Source of the DNA: Phaeocystidibacter sp. | Lineage (GTDB): Bacteria; Bacteroidota; Bacteroidia; Flavobacteriales; Schleiferiaceae | Direction of reading: 5' to 3' | Assembly (NCBI GenBank): GCA_965659415.1 | Contig: CBFHVA010000015.1 | Location: forward strand, 1,474-65,473 | Length of the DNA stretch: 64,000 nucleotides | In this document: piece by piece, positions 33,738-43,372 of the stretch | How the letters are laid out: each line of letters opens with the position of its first letter | Position numbering within the stretch: the first letter of the stretch is position 1 | Translations under genes and position numbers: made by a program | Notes under the pieces: generated by a model | Seen by the model: the letters and a program-made list of their open reading frames with translations, nothing else | Told to the model about the DNA's origin: nothing | Databases searched by the model: none

Positions 33738-35048
33738 ATGTCAACATTTCAGATCAGAGGAGGAAAGCAACTCAATGGAACCATTACTCCTCAAGGCGCA
33801 AAGAATGAAGCTCTTCAAATCCTGTGTGCCGTTCTGCTCACCGATGAGGAAATAACTATTTCAAATATTCCGGATATCCGCGATGTGAATAAGCTCATTG
33901 ATATCCTCGAAGATTTGGGTGTGAAAATCCGCAAGAAAGGGCATGGTGAGTACACGTTCCAATCGGACGATATCAACCTCGATTATCTCTTTTCAAAAGA
34001 ATTCCGCGAGCGTGGTGGCTCGCTCCGTGGATCTATCATGATTGTAGGCCCGCTTTTGGCTCGATTCGGAAAAGGATATATCCCAAAGCCGGGAGGCGAC
34101 AAAATCGGACGTCGTCGTTTGGATACGCACTTCATCGGCTTTCAAAACCTCGGTGCTGAATTTGTTTATGAAGAGGGCACCGACTTTTACGGAGTTGAAG
34201 CACCCAATGGCCTGAAGGGATCCTATATGTTGCTCGACGAAGCCTCAGTAACTGGTACTGCCAATATCGTAATGGCCGCCGTTCTCGCTGAAGGTACAAC
34301 CACGGTATACAATGCAGCTTGCGAACCTTATCTCCAGCAACTGTGCAAAATGTTGGTTCGCATGGGGGCACAGATTGACGGCATCGGCTCGAATCTGCTA
34401 AAAATCACCGGAGTTGAGAAACTCGGTGGGTGTACACATCGCTGCTTGCCAGATATGATTGAAGTAGGATCATGGATTGGATTGGCTGCCATGACTCAGA
34501 GTGAGTTGACCATCAAGGATGCAGAATACGACGAACTGGGTGTAATTCCTGATGTATTTAGAAAACTCGGCATCCAACTCGAAAAGCGTGGAAACGATAT
34601 CTACATCCCGGCTCAAGAGAAGTACGAAATTGATACGTTCATTGACGGTAGTATCCTTACCATCGCCGATGCACCATGGCCAGGTTTCACTCCGGATTTA
34701 TTGAGTATCATTCTCGTGACGGCAACCCAAGCTAAAGGCAGCGTACTCGTGCATCAGAAGATGTTTGAGAGCCGCTTGTTCTTCGTTGATAAACTCATCG
34801 ACATGGGGGCACAAATCATTCTTTGTGATCCGCACCGTGCCACCGTAATCGGATTGGAACGTAAGTTTTCGCTGCGTGCAACGACTATGACTTCACCTGA
34901 CATCCGTGCCGGTATCTCATTGTTGATTGCTGCACTCAGTGCAGACGGTGTGAGCACTATTCACAACATTGAGCAAATTGACCGAGGTTATGAGCGCATC
35001 GACGAGCGACTTCGAGCGATTGGCGCGGACATTGTTAGAGTAGATTAA
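33738..35048 (+). CDS. murA: UDP-N-acetylglucosamine 1-carboxyvinyltransferase
   Basis: Start trimmed to MSTFQIRGGKQLNGTITPQGAKNEAL (ATG at 33738). The track ORF start at 33615 overlaps the DUF4290 gene. Confidence 0.95.
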   Translation: MSTFQIRGGKQLNGTITPQGAKNEALQILCAVLLTDEEITISNIPDIRDVNKLIDILEDLGVKIRKKGHGEYTFQSDDINLDYLFSKEFRERGGSLRGSIMIVGPLLARFGKGYIPKPGGDKIGRRRLDTHFIGFQNLGAEFVYEEGTDFYGVEAPNGLKGSYMLLDEASVTGTANIVMAAVLAEGTTTVYNAACEPYLQQLCKMLVRMGAQIDGIGSNLLKITGVEKLGGCTHRCLPDMIEVGSWIGLAAMTQSELTIKDAEYDELGVIPDVFRKLGIQLEKRGNDIYIPAQEKYEIDTFIDGSILTIADAPWPGFTPDLLSIILVTATQAKGSVLVHQKMFESRLFFVDKLIDMGAQIILCDPHRATVIGLERKFSLRATTMTSPDIRAGISLLIAALSADGVSTIHNIEQIDRGYERIDERLRAIGADIVRVD

Positions 35049-35060
35049 AAATACACTACC

Positions 35061-35612
35061 ATGAAAGCAAGCATTCTATTAAAAGCTATTCCAATTGCCG
35101 CATTGATCGGGTTTGGAATTTACGATCGGGTGGACTCCGCTGAAACTGCGCCCGAAGCATCACAACTTATTGAAGTAGGACAGGAAGTTCCCGATTTGGA
35201 AGGACGAACTCCATCTGGAGAGATCATCAGACTATCTGACCTTCGTGGGCAAGTGGTACTAATCGACTTTTGGGCATCTTGGTGCGGTCCGTGTGTGTAC
35301 AATATGCCCGCTGTGGTTGATACCTACAACCAATTCAGAGACAGTAAATTTGAATCTGGAGAAGAAGGGTTTACCGTATTCTCTGTTTCTCTAGATCAAA
35401 ACAAAACGGCTTGGAAAAACGGCATTGAAAGATTGAATCAAACATGGCCTCATCACATCAGTGACTTGAGAGGTTGGGGATCTTCACACGCTACCAAGTA
35501 TAATGTGAATAGCATTCCGCAGACTTTCTTGATTGATGGCGAAGGCAAATTGATCAACAGAAACCTGCATGCACAGGCGCTGAATGCGGTACTAGCCGAC
35601 ATGCAAGACTGA
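35061..35612 (+). CDS. TlpA/ResA-like thiol:disulfide oxidoreductase (thioredoxin fold)
   Basis: N-terminal TM/signal segment, then FWASWCGPC active site. Confidence 0.85.
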   Translation: MKASILLKAIPIAALIGFGIYDRVDSAETAPEASQLIEVGQEVPDLEGRTPSGEIIRLSDLRGQVVLIDFWASWCGPCVYNMPAVVDTYNQFRDSKFESGEEGFTVFSVSLDQNKTAWKNGIERLNQTWPHHISDLRGWGSSHATKYNVNSIPQTFLIDGEGKLINRNLHAQALNAVLADMQD

Positions 35613-35668
35613 CAAATTACTGTTCAATTCTAACAGCTTGACATACACTTAGATTTATGTGCTGTCAG

Positions 35669-35701
35669 TTTGGCGCAATCCAAGCTGTGGCACTACATTT
35701 G
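35669..35701 (+). promoter_or_regulatory. putative promoter of grpE-dnaJ
   Basis: TTTG (35669-35672), 21-nt spacer, TACATTTG (35694-35701). The leader contains a CGCGA-N7-TCGCG palindrome (35706-35722). No CIRCE element seen. Confidence 0.45.
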
Positions 35702-35746
35702 CCCTCCGTTTGCCGCGAGTACATATCGCGAAAATTAGCACAGACA

Positions 35747-36331
35747 ATGAGCAAGAAAAGTGAGCGTGTGGAAGACACGGAACTAAAGGAGGAAAACACG
35801 ACTGCTACCGCAGAGGAGCAAGAAGTGAAATCGGAAGAAACCACAGAGCAAGTGGAGGAGAAATCTGAGGAGGATCGTCTGCGCGAAGAAGTAGAGGATC
35901 TAAAAGATCAGAATCTACGGCTCTATGCTGAGTTTGAGAATTTCAGAAAGCGCAACGCCCGCGAAAGACTCGAGTTATCAGCTACCGCAAACAAAGAGGT
36001 GCTTACAGCCTTATTACCGGTATTGGATGACTTCCAGCGCGCCATCAAGAATATTGGCGAAACGGAAGCAGACACCGAAGTAGCGAAAGGCATTCAAATC
36101 ATCTTCTCCAAGCTCAGCGAAACGTTGAAGCAGAAAGGTCTTAAGCCTATGGAGACAACCACCGGTAAGAAGTTCGACGTGGACTTCATGGAGGCGATTA
36201 CCAAAATTCCCGCCCCTACACCGGACATGGCCGGCAAGGTTGTAGATGAAATCGAACCTGGATATTTGATTGGAGAAAAAATTCTACGCTATGCCAAAGT
36301 GGTGGTAGCCGACGGCGAAGCTAAAAGCTAA
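35747..36331 (+). CDS. grpE: nucleotide exchange factor GrpE
   Basis: Start trimmed to [23 protein letters not shown] and [14 protein letters not shown] motifs. Confidence 0.93.
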   Translation: MSKKSERVEDTELKEENTTATAEEQEVKSEETTEQVEEKSEEDRLREEVEDLKDQNLRLYAEFENFRKRNARERLELSATANKEVLTALLPVLDDFQRAIKNIGETEADTEVAKGIQIIFSKLSETLKQKGLKPMETTTGKKFDVDFMEAITKIPAPTPDMAGKVVDEIEPGYLIGEKILRYAKVVVADGEAKS

Positions 36332-36336
36332 TAGGT

Positions 36337-37464
36337 ATGGCGAAAAGAGATTATTACGACGTACTTGGCGTAAGCAAAAGCGCCAGTCAGGATGAGATTA
36401 AAAAGGCCTACCGCAAAATGGCCATCAAATATCACCCTGATAAGAATCCCGATGACAAGGAAGCTGAAACCAAGTTTAAGGAGGCTGCCGAAGCGTACGA
36501 GATTCTTGGCGATGCCCAAAAGCGCCAGAAGTACGACCAATTCGGACACCAAGCCTTTGGCGCTGGAAGCGGTGGCTTCGGCGGGCAAGGCATGTCAATG
36601 GACGATATTTTTAGTCACTTTGGCGATATCTTCGGCGGCGCATTCGGGGGCGGCGGAGGTGGATTTGGTGGCTTTGGAGGCGGTGGATCACGTCAGCGCA
36701 GAGGAAGCAACCTTCGCGTTCGCGTAAAGCTGACCCTCGAGGAAATTGCCTACGGTGTAGAGAAGAAAATCAAGATCAAAAGATCTATGGCTGCTGAAGG
36801 ACTCACCTTCAAGACTTGTGGAACCTGTAACGGTTCAGGTCAAGTGCAGCGCGTACAAAACACCATTCTTGGCCAAATGCGTACCGCAAGCGTTTGTCCG
36901 ACTTGCCAAGGTTCAGGTAAGGTAGTTGACAAGCGTCCTGCTGGTGTAGGTTCTGACGGGCTTGAAAGAAAAGATGAAACCGTAAGCATTAAAATCCCTG
37001 CAGGGGTGGTAGACGGCATGCAATTGCGCGTTCAAGGCAAAGGAAATGAAGCTCCCATGGGTGGAGCTGCTGGCGACCTGATGGTACTCATTGAGGAAGT
37101 AGAGCATCCAGACCTAAAAAGAGATGGGAACAACCTCCACCTTGACATGTACATTTCATTCCCTACCGCAGCCATGGGAGGAAGCGTTGAGATTCCAACT
37201 ATCGGCGGTAAAGCTCGAGTAAAGGTTGACACCGGCACACAGAGTGGAAAAGTATTGCGGTTGAAAGGCAAAGGATTGCCGAGCATCGAAGGTTATGGTC
37301 ACGGAGATTTGCTTGTTCACCTCAATGTATGGACACCAAAGAAACTCACCCCTGAGCAGAAGAAGGCCTTGGAAGAACTGGAAGGTTCAGATAACTTCCA
37401 ACCGAGTCCGGGTAGAAACGAAAAGGGATTCTTTGATCGAGTAAAGGATATGTTTGGTCAGTAA
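36337..37464 (+). CDS. dnaJ: molecular chaperone DnaJ
   Basis: DYYDVLGV...YHPDKN J-domain, G/F region and CxxCxGxG zinc-finger repeats. Confidence 0.97.
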   Translation: MAKRDYYDVLGVSKSASQDEIKKAYRKMAIKYHPDKNPDDKEAETKFKEAAEAYEILGDAQKRQKYDQFGHQAFGAGSGGFGGQGMSMDDIFSHFGDIFGGAFGGGGGGFGGFGGGGSRQRRGSNLRVRVKLTLEEIAYGVEKKIKIKRSMAAEGLTFKTCGTCNGSGQVQRVQNTILGQMRTASVCPTCQGSGKVVDKRPAGVGSDGLERKDETVSIKIPAGVVDGMQLRVQGKGNEAPMGGAAGDLMVLIEEVEHPDLKRDGNNLHLDMYISFPTAAMGGSVEIPTIGGKARVKVDTGTQSGKVLRLKGKGLPSIEGYGHGDLLVHLNVWTPKKLTPEQKKALEELEGSDNFQPSPGRNEKGFFDRVKDMFGQ

Positions 37465-37485
37465 AAGAGACCAACTCTGATAAAT

Positions 37486-37520
37486 AAAGCGCGTCATTCC
37501 AAAAGGGGTGGCGCGTTTTT
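37486..37520 (+). terminator. rho-independent terminator after dnaJ (possibly bidirectional)
   Basis: AAAGCGCG...CGCGTTTT stem followed by a T-run. Lies between the convergent dnaJ and the type-B cargo gene. Confidence 0.5.
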
Positions 37521-37539
37521 ATTTTGTGCCCAATGTCAT

Positions 37540-39474
37540 CTATTCATCCGAGTTCCGAATAATAGTCACCGGAGCTTTATGGATAACATCAACTCCTTCC
37601 TGAAGTATATAATAGTACGTTCCATCGGGTAGCGGATCTCCGCCAGCCGATTGTCCACCCCATTGATCGCGATAGCCTTCCTCTTCATATACCACACTCC
37701 CCCATCGGTTGTGCAATACGAATCGAACATCTCTGCCCCGGACAATCTCGGATAAATCGAGGTAATCGTTCGCGCCATCTCCATTTGGCGTAATCACGTT
37801 CGGCACACGGTCGTAATCAGGATTCGGGTAGTTTGCGGATACCATAAATACCTGCATAGAATCTATACCCTGACAGCCATCTGCCGTGGTAACTTCCACG
37901 TAAAAGGTGGTAGTGTCATTAATTGGACGCGTTAAGGCATCCGCTCGGCGAGGATCTGAAAAATACACAGGCTGATCGGCATACCATAAGTACTCAACTC
38001 CTCCTGAGGCATTCATTTGAACATCTTCACCCTCAACGATAATTTGATCTGGTCCGGCGTCAACCACCTGATTGAAGAGAACAATCTCTACGGAGTCCAC
38101 CACTGAATCTGAACAGGTGTTGGACTTCATCACGATGGTGACTGGATATTCGCCCGGAACAGGCCAAGTTATAGGCGGCGGGAATGGTCCCGACCAATAC
38201 GGTATGTTCGGCGGTGGAGAGCCTCCAAAGTACCATTCGTAGCGCGCTCCAGGAGGAATGTTATTCCCAATTACTCCGAAATAAATGTCTTGAACACCGA
38301 AGCAAACGCTTCCGTCAAAAATGCCATACTCGATCTCTGGCGTTTCGTAAATCTCAAATACCTCAACTACGGTATCCGAGCACTGGGTGCCAGGGTTCAC
38401 AATGAGTGTTACATTGTACACACCCGGACGAGAATAGGTGAAAACCGGATTCTGCACCGTGGAGGTATCGTCTGTGCGAGTGGTATCGCCAAAATCCCAG
38501 AGGTAACTGGTAGCTGAAGAGCTCGATTCGTTGGAAAACTGAATCTCACGACCCATGCAGAACAACGAACTGTCTTCTTGCTGCGTAATCATATCGCTAA
38601 CCACATTGCGCACACAGTTGCTCACGTTAAATTGGAAATCGCGACGCACACGCGTTTCAAACACCCCATTTCTAAAGCTGCTCACACAGATACCCACTAC
38701 GTACTGCCCTTGCAAATTGGCTTCTCCTGAGATGATACCTGTTAGGCTATCAATGGAAATCTGAGGATTGCTCGGTATCGGATTATCAAACGTTTGGGGG
38801 GCACTAAACGGTATGTTTTGATAAGGCGGAGGCAACGCCAATGGGGCCGGCGAGAATTGTGAGCCTCCATGGAGAATTTCACATAATTCATAGTAGAGCG
38901 AGTCTCCATCTGCATCTGTTGCTGAGGCATCAATGCTCAAAGGTTCATTTGCACAAATGACAATGGGCGGCGTATTGTTAAACACTGGTGACGAAGCACA
39001 AGGATCATTCGGTGGTATTTGAACGGTATACGTGTTTCCCCATGTTCCCGGGTTGGGAATATTGCTGATGGATCCGTTCCTACAGCAGCGCTGCCAAGTG
39101 ATGTCATACCCATCTGGTGAAGAAGGCAAGTTCAGGGTTGTCACGTACTCCACATACTCTGTACAAAGTCCTGCTGGAATGGTCAAGCACGGATCCCCCG
39201 TGTTTAGTGGAACGGTTTGCACCGGCCCGGGTGAAACACCCGCCGAACTCGTTACGAAAGCTTGAGTCAGTGCATTAAAGGCCCTGATCTCTATGAATTG
39301 GTCAAAGGCAGCACCTCCGCCCGCACAATCGCGGTAAACACGGAGTCTTACCTCATAAGTTCCACCACCTAAGCACTCATAGGTGATTTCTCCTCCAACG
39401 AGGTGAGCGGCCTCCAATTGAGAAGCCACGAACAACATAAGTAGCATGAATGCTCTTTGTAGGAACATTCTCAT
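37540..39474 (-). CDS. T9SS cargo with a type-B (gliding motility-associated) C-terminal domain
   Basis: Start trimmed to MRMFLQRAFMLLMLFVASQLEA, because the track ATG at 39510 lies inside a terminator hairpin. AHLVGGEITYECLGGGTYEV..VYRDC N-module, a PKD-like middle, and C-terminal VITPNGDGANDYLDL...DGTYYYIL...TIIRN (TIGR04131-like). Confidence 0.85.
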   Translation of the reverse strand: MRMFLQRAFMLLMLFVASQLEAAHLVGGEITYECLGGGTYEVRLRVYRDCAGGGAAFDQFIEIRAFNALTQAFVTSSAGVSPGPVQTVPLNTGDPCLTIPAGLCTEYVEYVTTLNLPSSPDGYDITWQRCCRNGSISNIPNPGTWGNTYTVQIPPNDPCASSPVFNNTPPIVICANEPLSIDASATDADGDSLYYELCEILHGGSQFSPAPLALPPPYQNIPFSAPQTFDNPIPSNPQISIDSLTGIISGEANLQGQYVVGICVSSFRNGVFETRVRRDFQFNVSNCVRNVVSDMITQQEDSSLFCMGREIQFSNESSSSATSYLWDFGDTTRTDDTSTVQNPVFTYSRPGVYNVTLIVNPGTQCSDTVVEVFEIYETPEIEYGIFDGSVCFGVQDIYFGVIGNNIPPGARYEWYFGGSPPPNIPYWSGPFPPPITWPVPGEYPVTIVMKSNTCSDSVVDSVEIVLFNQVVDAGPDQIIVEGEDVQMNASGGVEYLWYADQPVYFSDPRRADALTRPINDTTTFYVEVTTADGCQGIDSMQVFMVSANYPNPDYDRVPNVITPNGDGANDYLDLSEIVRGRDVRFVLHNRWGSVVYEEEGYRDQWGGQSAGGDPLPDGTYYYILQEGVDVIHKAPVTIIRNSDE

Positions 39475-39491
39475 AGGGTAAGGTTTAGGGC

Positions 39492-39523
39492 AAAAAAAGA
39501 CCGCCTTCATCGAAAACAGTCTT
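39492..39523 (-). terminator. putative rho-independent terminator between the porP/sprF-like gene and the downstream cargo gene
   Basis: Minus strand: AAGACUG, 13-nt loop, CGGUCUU (7 bp, one G-U pair), followed by T7. Confidence 0.5.
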
Positions 39524-39541
39524 TTCTTTATTCACACATCA

Positions 39542-41065
39542 TTATTCAACAATCTTCACCCAGAGGCGACCGTCGTAGCGACCTCTTAGGCCGGAGTTAC
39601 GCGCGCCATCTGCTGCATCATAATTGTTGAACTTCATAAGGTATACATAGTACATATTGTTCACACGGTCTTGGAAGATGTTTACGTCCAATCCCTGGTT
39701 TTGCAAACGCTGCATCAAGCGGCGCGCATTGTTCTCGCTACCAAATACACCTGCCGTTACATAGTATCCTGGTGAACCAGGTACAACACGACTCGCGTAG
39801 TTCTCTGGATTGTAATCCTGACCTGCTGAACCTCCGGTAGAGCCTCCTTGTGTGTTCGAACCTGTATCATTCGGATCGTAACCGTTCATTGGCTGGCTTT
39901 GTTGACCACCCTGTTGACCCGTTTGGCCACCTTGCTGACCTCCTTGTTGACCTCCACGTTGTTCGTCGGTTGGACGACCCGGCTGAGTGAGCTGCATACC
40001 GTCAATTACTTCACGAACGGTTTCCTCGATATCTTCGTTCTCCTGCGCTTCAAGCTCCTCTTTGAACTCTTCCAAACGCTCACGAACATACTCTTCGTTA
40101 TCCTCGGCGTTCCGCTGCATACGGTCTTTCAAACGACGCACGTCGTTCTCCAAACGCTCGTTATCACGGTTGGAACCAAAGCGCCACTGAAGCATGAACT
40201 CGTGAGAAGTTCCGAATGATGTTCCGTAGGTATTCGTGCTGAAGTCGTATGCATAACCTACCGTAAGCGCTTCAGTTAAGTGTACACCAAGGTTCGCCGT
40301 GATGGCGTAATCCGAGCGGAACATAGCTCCTACGTAACCGTAATCACGCATATTGAAGATCGCACCTGCATCAATTTGAGTAGGCACGTTTGGAGCGGTA
40401 CGAACGAGAATCATCGGACTCAATACGCGCTTTTCTCCTTGAATTTGCCAATCGTACTGTGCGTTGAAAACGAAGTGACGAATGAGGCTATACTCAACCG
40501 GACCACTATAATTGTCTGAATACTCGATTGGAGCGCCCAACAACTGAGGCACGGCTGCACCAATTTGGAATCCATTGATGTTCAAGTTCACACCAAAGTT
40601 TAAGTCGAAGTTTCCTCGTCTCAAGTTTGGATAGAGCAACGGGTCAAACTCATCGCTTACGCGAATCTTGTCTACATCGATGTTATTGTCGAGATATCCA
40701 GCAGAAAGACCGAAGCTCAAGCTGTTCTTATCCGATAATTTCACGTGATAGGCGTATGATCCGTACACACCCATTCTTTGAATAATGTCGGTTCGATCTG
40801 AAAATGCATACACGCTATACCCAACGGCCTCGCGATTCATCGCTCCGTTCAAGGTGAGCGCGGAAGTTTCAGGTCCGCCTTCTATGCCCGACCACTGACG
40901 GCGGTGCATCATGCTCACTTCCGTTACCCCACCTGAGCCCGACTGAGCTGGATTGAATATAAACGGAGTGAAGAAATAATTGCTGTACAGCGGAATTTGC
41001 TGTGCATTTGCCGCAGTTCCTAACATCAACACTACGGCCAGTGTAAAGAGGTTTGTCTTTTTCAT
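39542..41065 (-). CDS. PorP/SprF-family T9SS membrane protein with C-terminal coiled-coil, Gly/Gln linker and SPOR-like domain
   Basis: Signal peptide followed by QQIPLYSNYFFTPFIFNPAQSG, the PorP/SprF hallmark, then ~300 aa of barrel-like sequence. After that come a charged helix, GGQQGGQQGGQTGQQGGQQ, and YYVTAGVFGSENNARRLMQRLQNQG...YYVYLMKF...LWVKIVE (SPOR-like). Confidence 0.8.
   Translation of the reverse strand: MKKTNLFTLAVVLMLGTAANAQQIPLYSNYFFTPFIFNPAQSGSGGVTEVSMMHRRQWSGIEGGPETSALTLNGAMNREAVGYSVYAFSDRTDIIQRMGVYGSYAYHVKLSDKNSLSFGLSAGYLDNNIDVDKIRVSDEFDPLLYPNLRRGNFDLNFGVNLNINGFQIGAAVPQLLGAPIEYSDNYSGPVEYSLIRHFVFNAQYDWQIQGEKRVLSPMILVRTAPNVPTQIDAGAIFNMRDYGYVGAMFRSDYAITANLGVHLTEALTVGYAYDFSTNTYGTSFGTSHEFMLQWRFGSNRDNERLENDVRRLKDRMQRNAEDNEEYVRERLEEFKEELEAQENEDIEETVREVIDGMQLTQPGRPTDEQRGGQQGGQQGGQTGQQGGQQSQPMNGYDPNDTGSNTQGGSTGGSAGQDYNPENYASRVVPGSPGYYVTAGVFGSENNARRLMQRLQNQGLDVNIFQDRVNNMYYVYLMKFNNYDAADGARNSGLRGRYDGRLWVKIVE
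39897..39960. repeat. 15-nt-period coding repeat (GGQQG pentapeptide units) inside the porP/sprF-like gene
   Basis: Plus strand TTGACC(A/T)CC(C/T)TG units are repeated 4-5 times. The minus-strand translation is GGQQGGQQGGQTGQQGGQQ. Confidence 0.8.
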
Positions 41066-41070
41066 AGTGC

Positions 41071-43209
41071 TTAGTCGTTATTGCGGATAATAGTTATGGC
41101 TCCTTTGTATCGAACTTCATCACCACATACGAGGATATAGTAATACGTTCCATCTGGCAAATCATCACCACCGGTTGATGTTCCCGCCCAGCCGTTGGAG
41201 TAATTCTCTTCCATATACACTTCGGATCCCCAACGGTTCATGACAATCAAGTCACAACCATCCGCGCGGATCACCTCGCTCAGGTCGAGTACATCGTTCG
41301 CGCCGTCCCCGTTAGGAGTCATCATGTTTTGCACATTCGAGAGATTTGGACCTCCTGCGAATGGATCTTGAACGATTACCAACATAGAGTCGATGCCCAC
41401 ACAGCCGTTGGCCGCGGTAACCTCAACGAAGTACCAAGTGGTGTCTTTAACCGGACGTGTTCTTGTATTAGGATCGCGAGGGTTACTGAAGTATACCGGT
41501 TCATTGGCGTACCAGTAGTAGGTTACACCTCCTGATGCGGTCATTACTACGTCTTCATCTTGACCGATAGTTTGATCTGGACCTGCATTGGCATTCACTA
41601 CAAGTGGGAATATGATAAGAGTATCGTAGGTTACACACTGATTCACACCTACGGCCTCAACCCAATACGTTCCTGGTAGGCTCACATATTGACTGGTTCC
41701 GATGAATCCATTGGACCAAGTGTACTGCAAGCCGTTTCCTGTAACTGCAACTAGTACGGAGTCATCTGCACAAATGGCGACTGAATCACTCGGTAAGAAT
41801 CGGAAGGTTGGAAGCGGCACAATATTAACCTGAATAGGTTGCGTGATGTGCGTACACGTGAAGTTGTTGATAATTAATCGGTATTCCGCGGAATCAGGGA
41901 TTAAAGCGGTATCTACTTGCAGGCTTGGTAAAGTATCATTTGGAATGCTGGCCCATGTACCGCCGTTCAGCGGGAAGCGCACTTGCCACTGATACTCCCA
42001 ATCGGCACCCACGGTGTCGGCTCTCAGCAGCACACTGTCTTCTATACAGATGGTGGTTGACACCCCAGTGTTTCCAGGCCAAGGAATGGCTGAAATCTCC
42101 GGATCTGGAACGGTATCCATCCAAATCCATCGCGGGTCTTGTCCAAAGGTTGAACAACCCGTCATGGTATCCGTCACTTCCAAGTAAATCACCAACTGAT
42201 TAGGTGTAATCCCGCCAGCTACGATATCTGAAGTAATGTAAATCGTATCGTTGGTCTGACCTTGAATTGGCACTACAGAGTCGAGACCGAACTGGTTCAC
42301 CGAGTCCTTGTACCATTGGTAGGTGTAGAACTCGCCTGGAAGGGCAGCTGGCAAACCGTAATATAAAATGGAATCTTCTTCACAGAACTGCACTGAATCA
42401 ACCAGAGGTGTTCCTGGGAATGGAACATCGAGTATTTCGACCCAAGGCTGATTGAGCGGCATGATGATGAATGACGTCGGGATGTAGTCATTTACAATCT
42501 GTTCGTCACTTAACCCCGGACACAAACCCGCAGAAACTTCCACCGTGTACGAACCTGGAATCCATACCATGAGGCTGTCGAAGTTATCGTCGTTTCGCAT
42601 TTGGGCTGTACCTACTTCAATTCCACCTACAAACCATTGATAGTTGTAAATCCCTAAGCCTGTGGTATCCTTATTAGCATAAAGAAACACGGTATCGCCT
42701 ACACATTTTCCGATATCAGAAGTATCTCCAGGCGTATAAACATTGTCAAAGCCACCAAAGGATGAATCGATACTCGCCGGTGTGGTAACAGCAACAGACA
42801 CCTCAAAGGTATCTGACACCACAATTGGATTTGATCCGACCATCCGAATGGAATAATCACCGTTTACCTGAATATCCTCAGGAATGATGATGGTCATCGT
42901 CTTAATACCGGCGTCATTCGTGTCATTTACCGGCAAATTAGTGTTCGGCGTCCATTTAACAATGGGTACTTGTCGAGCTGGTGGCGTCGAGAAGTTTGCA
43001 GCCGCTCCAATACCTGGAGTAAGGAATACGTCAAACGAGTTCGCAGGAGAAAAGGAGCCCGTAAGCAAAATGTTAATTGCCAAGGAATCCCCTGTGCATC
43101 GAGAAGCGTTTGGTATTTGAGTGAGTTGAATGGTTTGTGCCTGAGCGGACACTCCCATAATGATGATGGCAGCTGCCGCCAGCCATCTCGAGCGTAATGT
43201 TAGTTTCAT
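41071..43209 (-). CDS. T9SS cargo with a type-B (gliding motility-associated) C-terminal domain
   Basis: Signal peptide. Repeated Ig-like modules carrying C.GDS/EDS..L motifs. The C-terminal ~170 aa are closely similar to the 37540-39474 protein (AGPDQ...ASGGV.Y.WY...MTPNGDGANDVLDL...DGTYYYIL...TIIRN). Confidence 0.85.
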   Translation of the reverse strand: MKLTLRSRWLAAAAIIIMGVSAQAQTIQLTQIPNASRCTGDSLAINILLTGSFSPANSFDVFLTPGIGAAANFSTPPARQVPIVKWTPNTNLPVNDTNDAGIKTMTIIIPEDIQVNGDYSIRMVGSNPIVVSDTFEVSVAVTTPASIDSSFGGFDNVYTPGDTSDIGKCVGDTVFLYANKDTTGLGIYNYQWFVGGIEVGTAQMRNDDNFDSLMVWIPGSYTVEVSAGLCPGLSDEQIVNDYIPTSFIIMPLNQPWVEILDVPFPGTPLVDSVQFCEEDSILYYGLPAALPGEFYTYQWYKDSVNQFGLDSVVPIQGQTNDTIYITSDIVAGGITPNQLVIYLEVTDTMTGCSTFGQDPRWIWMDTVPDPEISAIPWPGNTGVSTTICIEDSVLLRADTVGADWEYQWQVRFPLNGGTWASIPNDTLPSLQVDTALIPDSAEYRLIINNFTCTHITQPIQVNIVPLPTFRFLPSDSVAICADDSVLVAVTGNGLQYTWSNGFIGTSQYVSLPGTYWVEAVGVNQCVTYDTLIIFPLVVNANAGPDQTIGQDEDVVMTASGGVTYYWYANEPVYFSNPRDPNTRTRPVKDTTWYFVEVTAANGCVGIDSMLVIVQDPFAGGPNLSNVQNMMTPNGDGANDVLDLSEVIRADGCDLIVMNRWGSEVYMEENYSNGWAGTSTGGDDLPDGTYYYILVCGDEVRYKGAITIIRNND

Positions 43210-43372
43210 CGAATAGGGTTTATTCTAAAGTGCAAATTAAGGCTTTTTGATAGCAATACGACTGAAGTAAGTAAAGGACTACTCACAAAAGAGCGACTGT
43301 TGCGCTTGAACGCTTGATTGTGCACCTTTGTTTATTATACGTTGATATTTTCCTTAAAGTTGGTATGGTTTT

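Noticed and set aside
35613-35746. CIRCE/HrcA operator upstream of grpE-dnaJ
   Set aside because: No TTAGCACTC-N9-GAGTGCTAA-like inverted repeat is present. Only a short CGCGA-N7-TCGCG palindrome is seen, and it does not match CIRCE.
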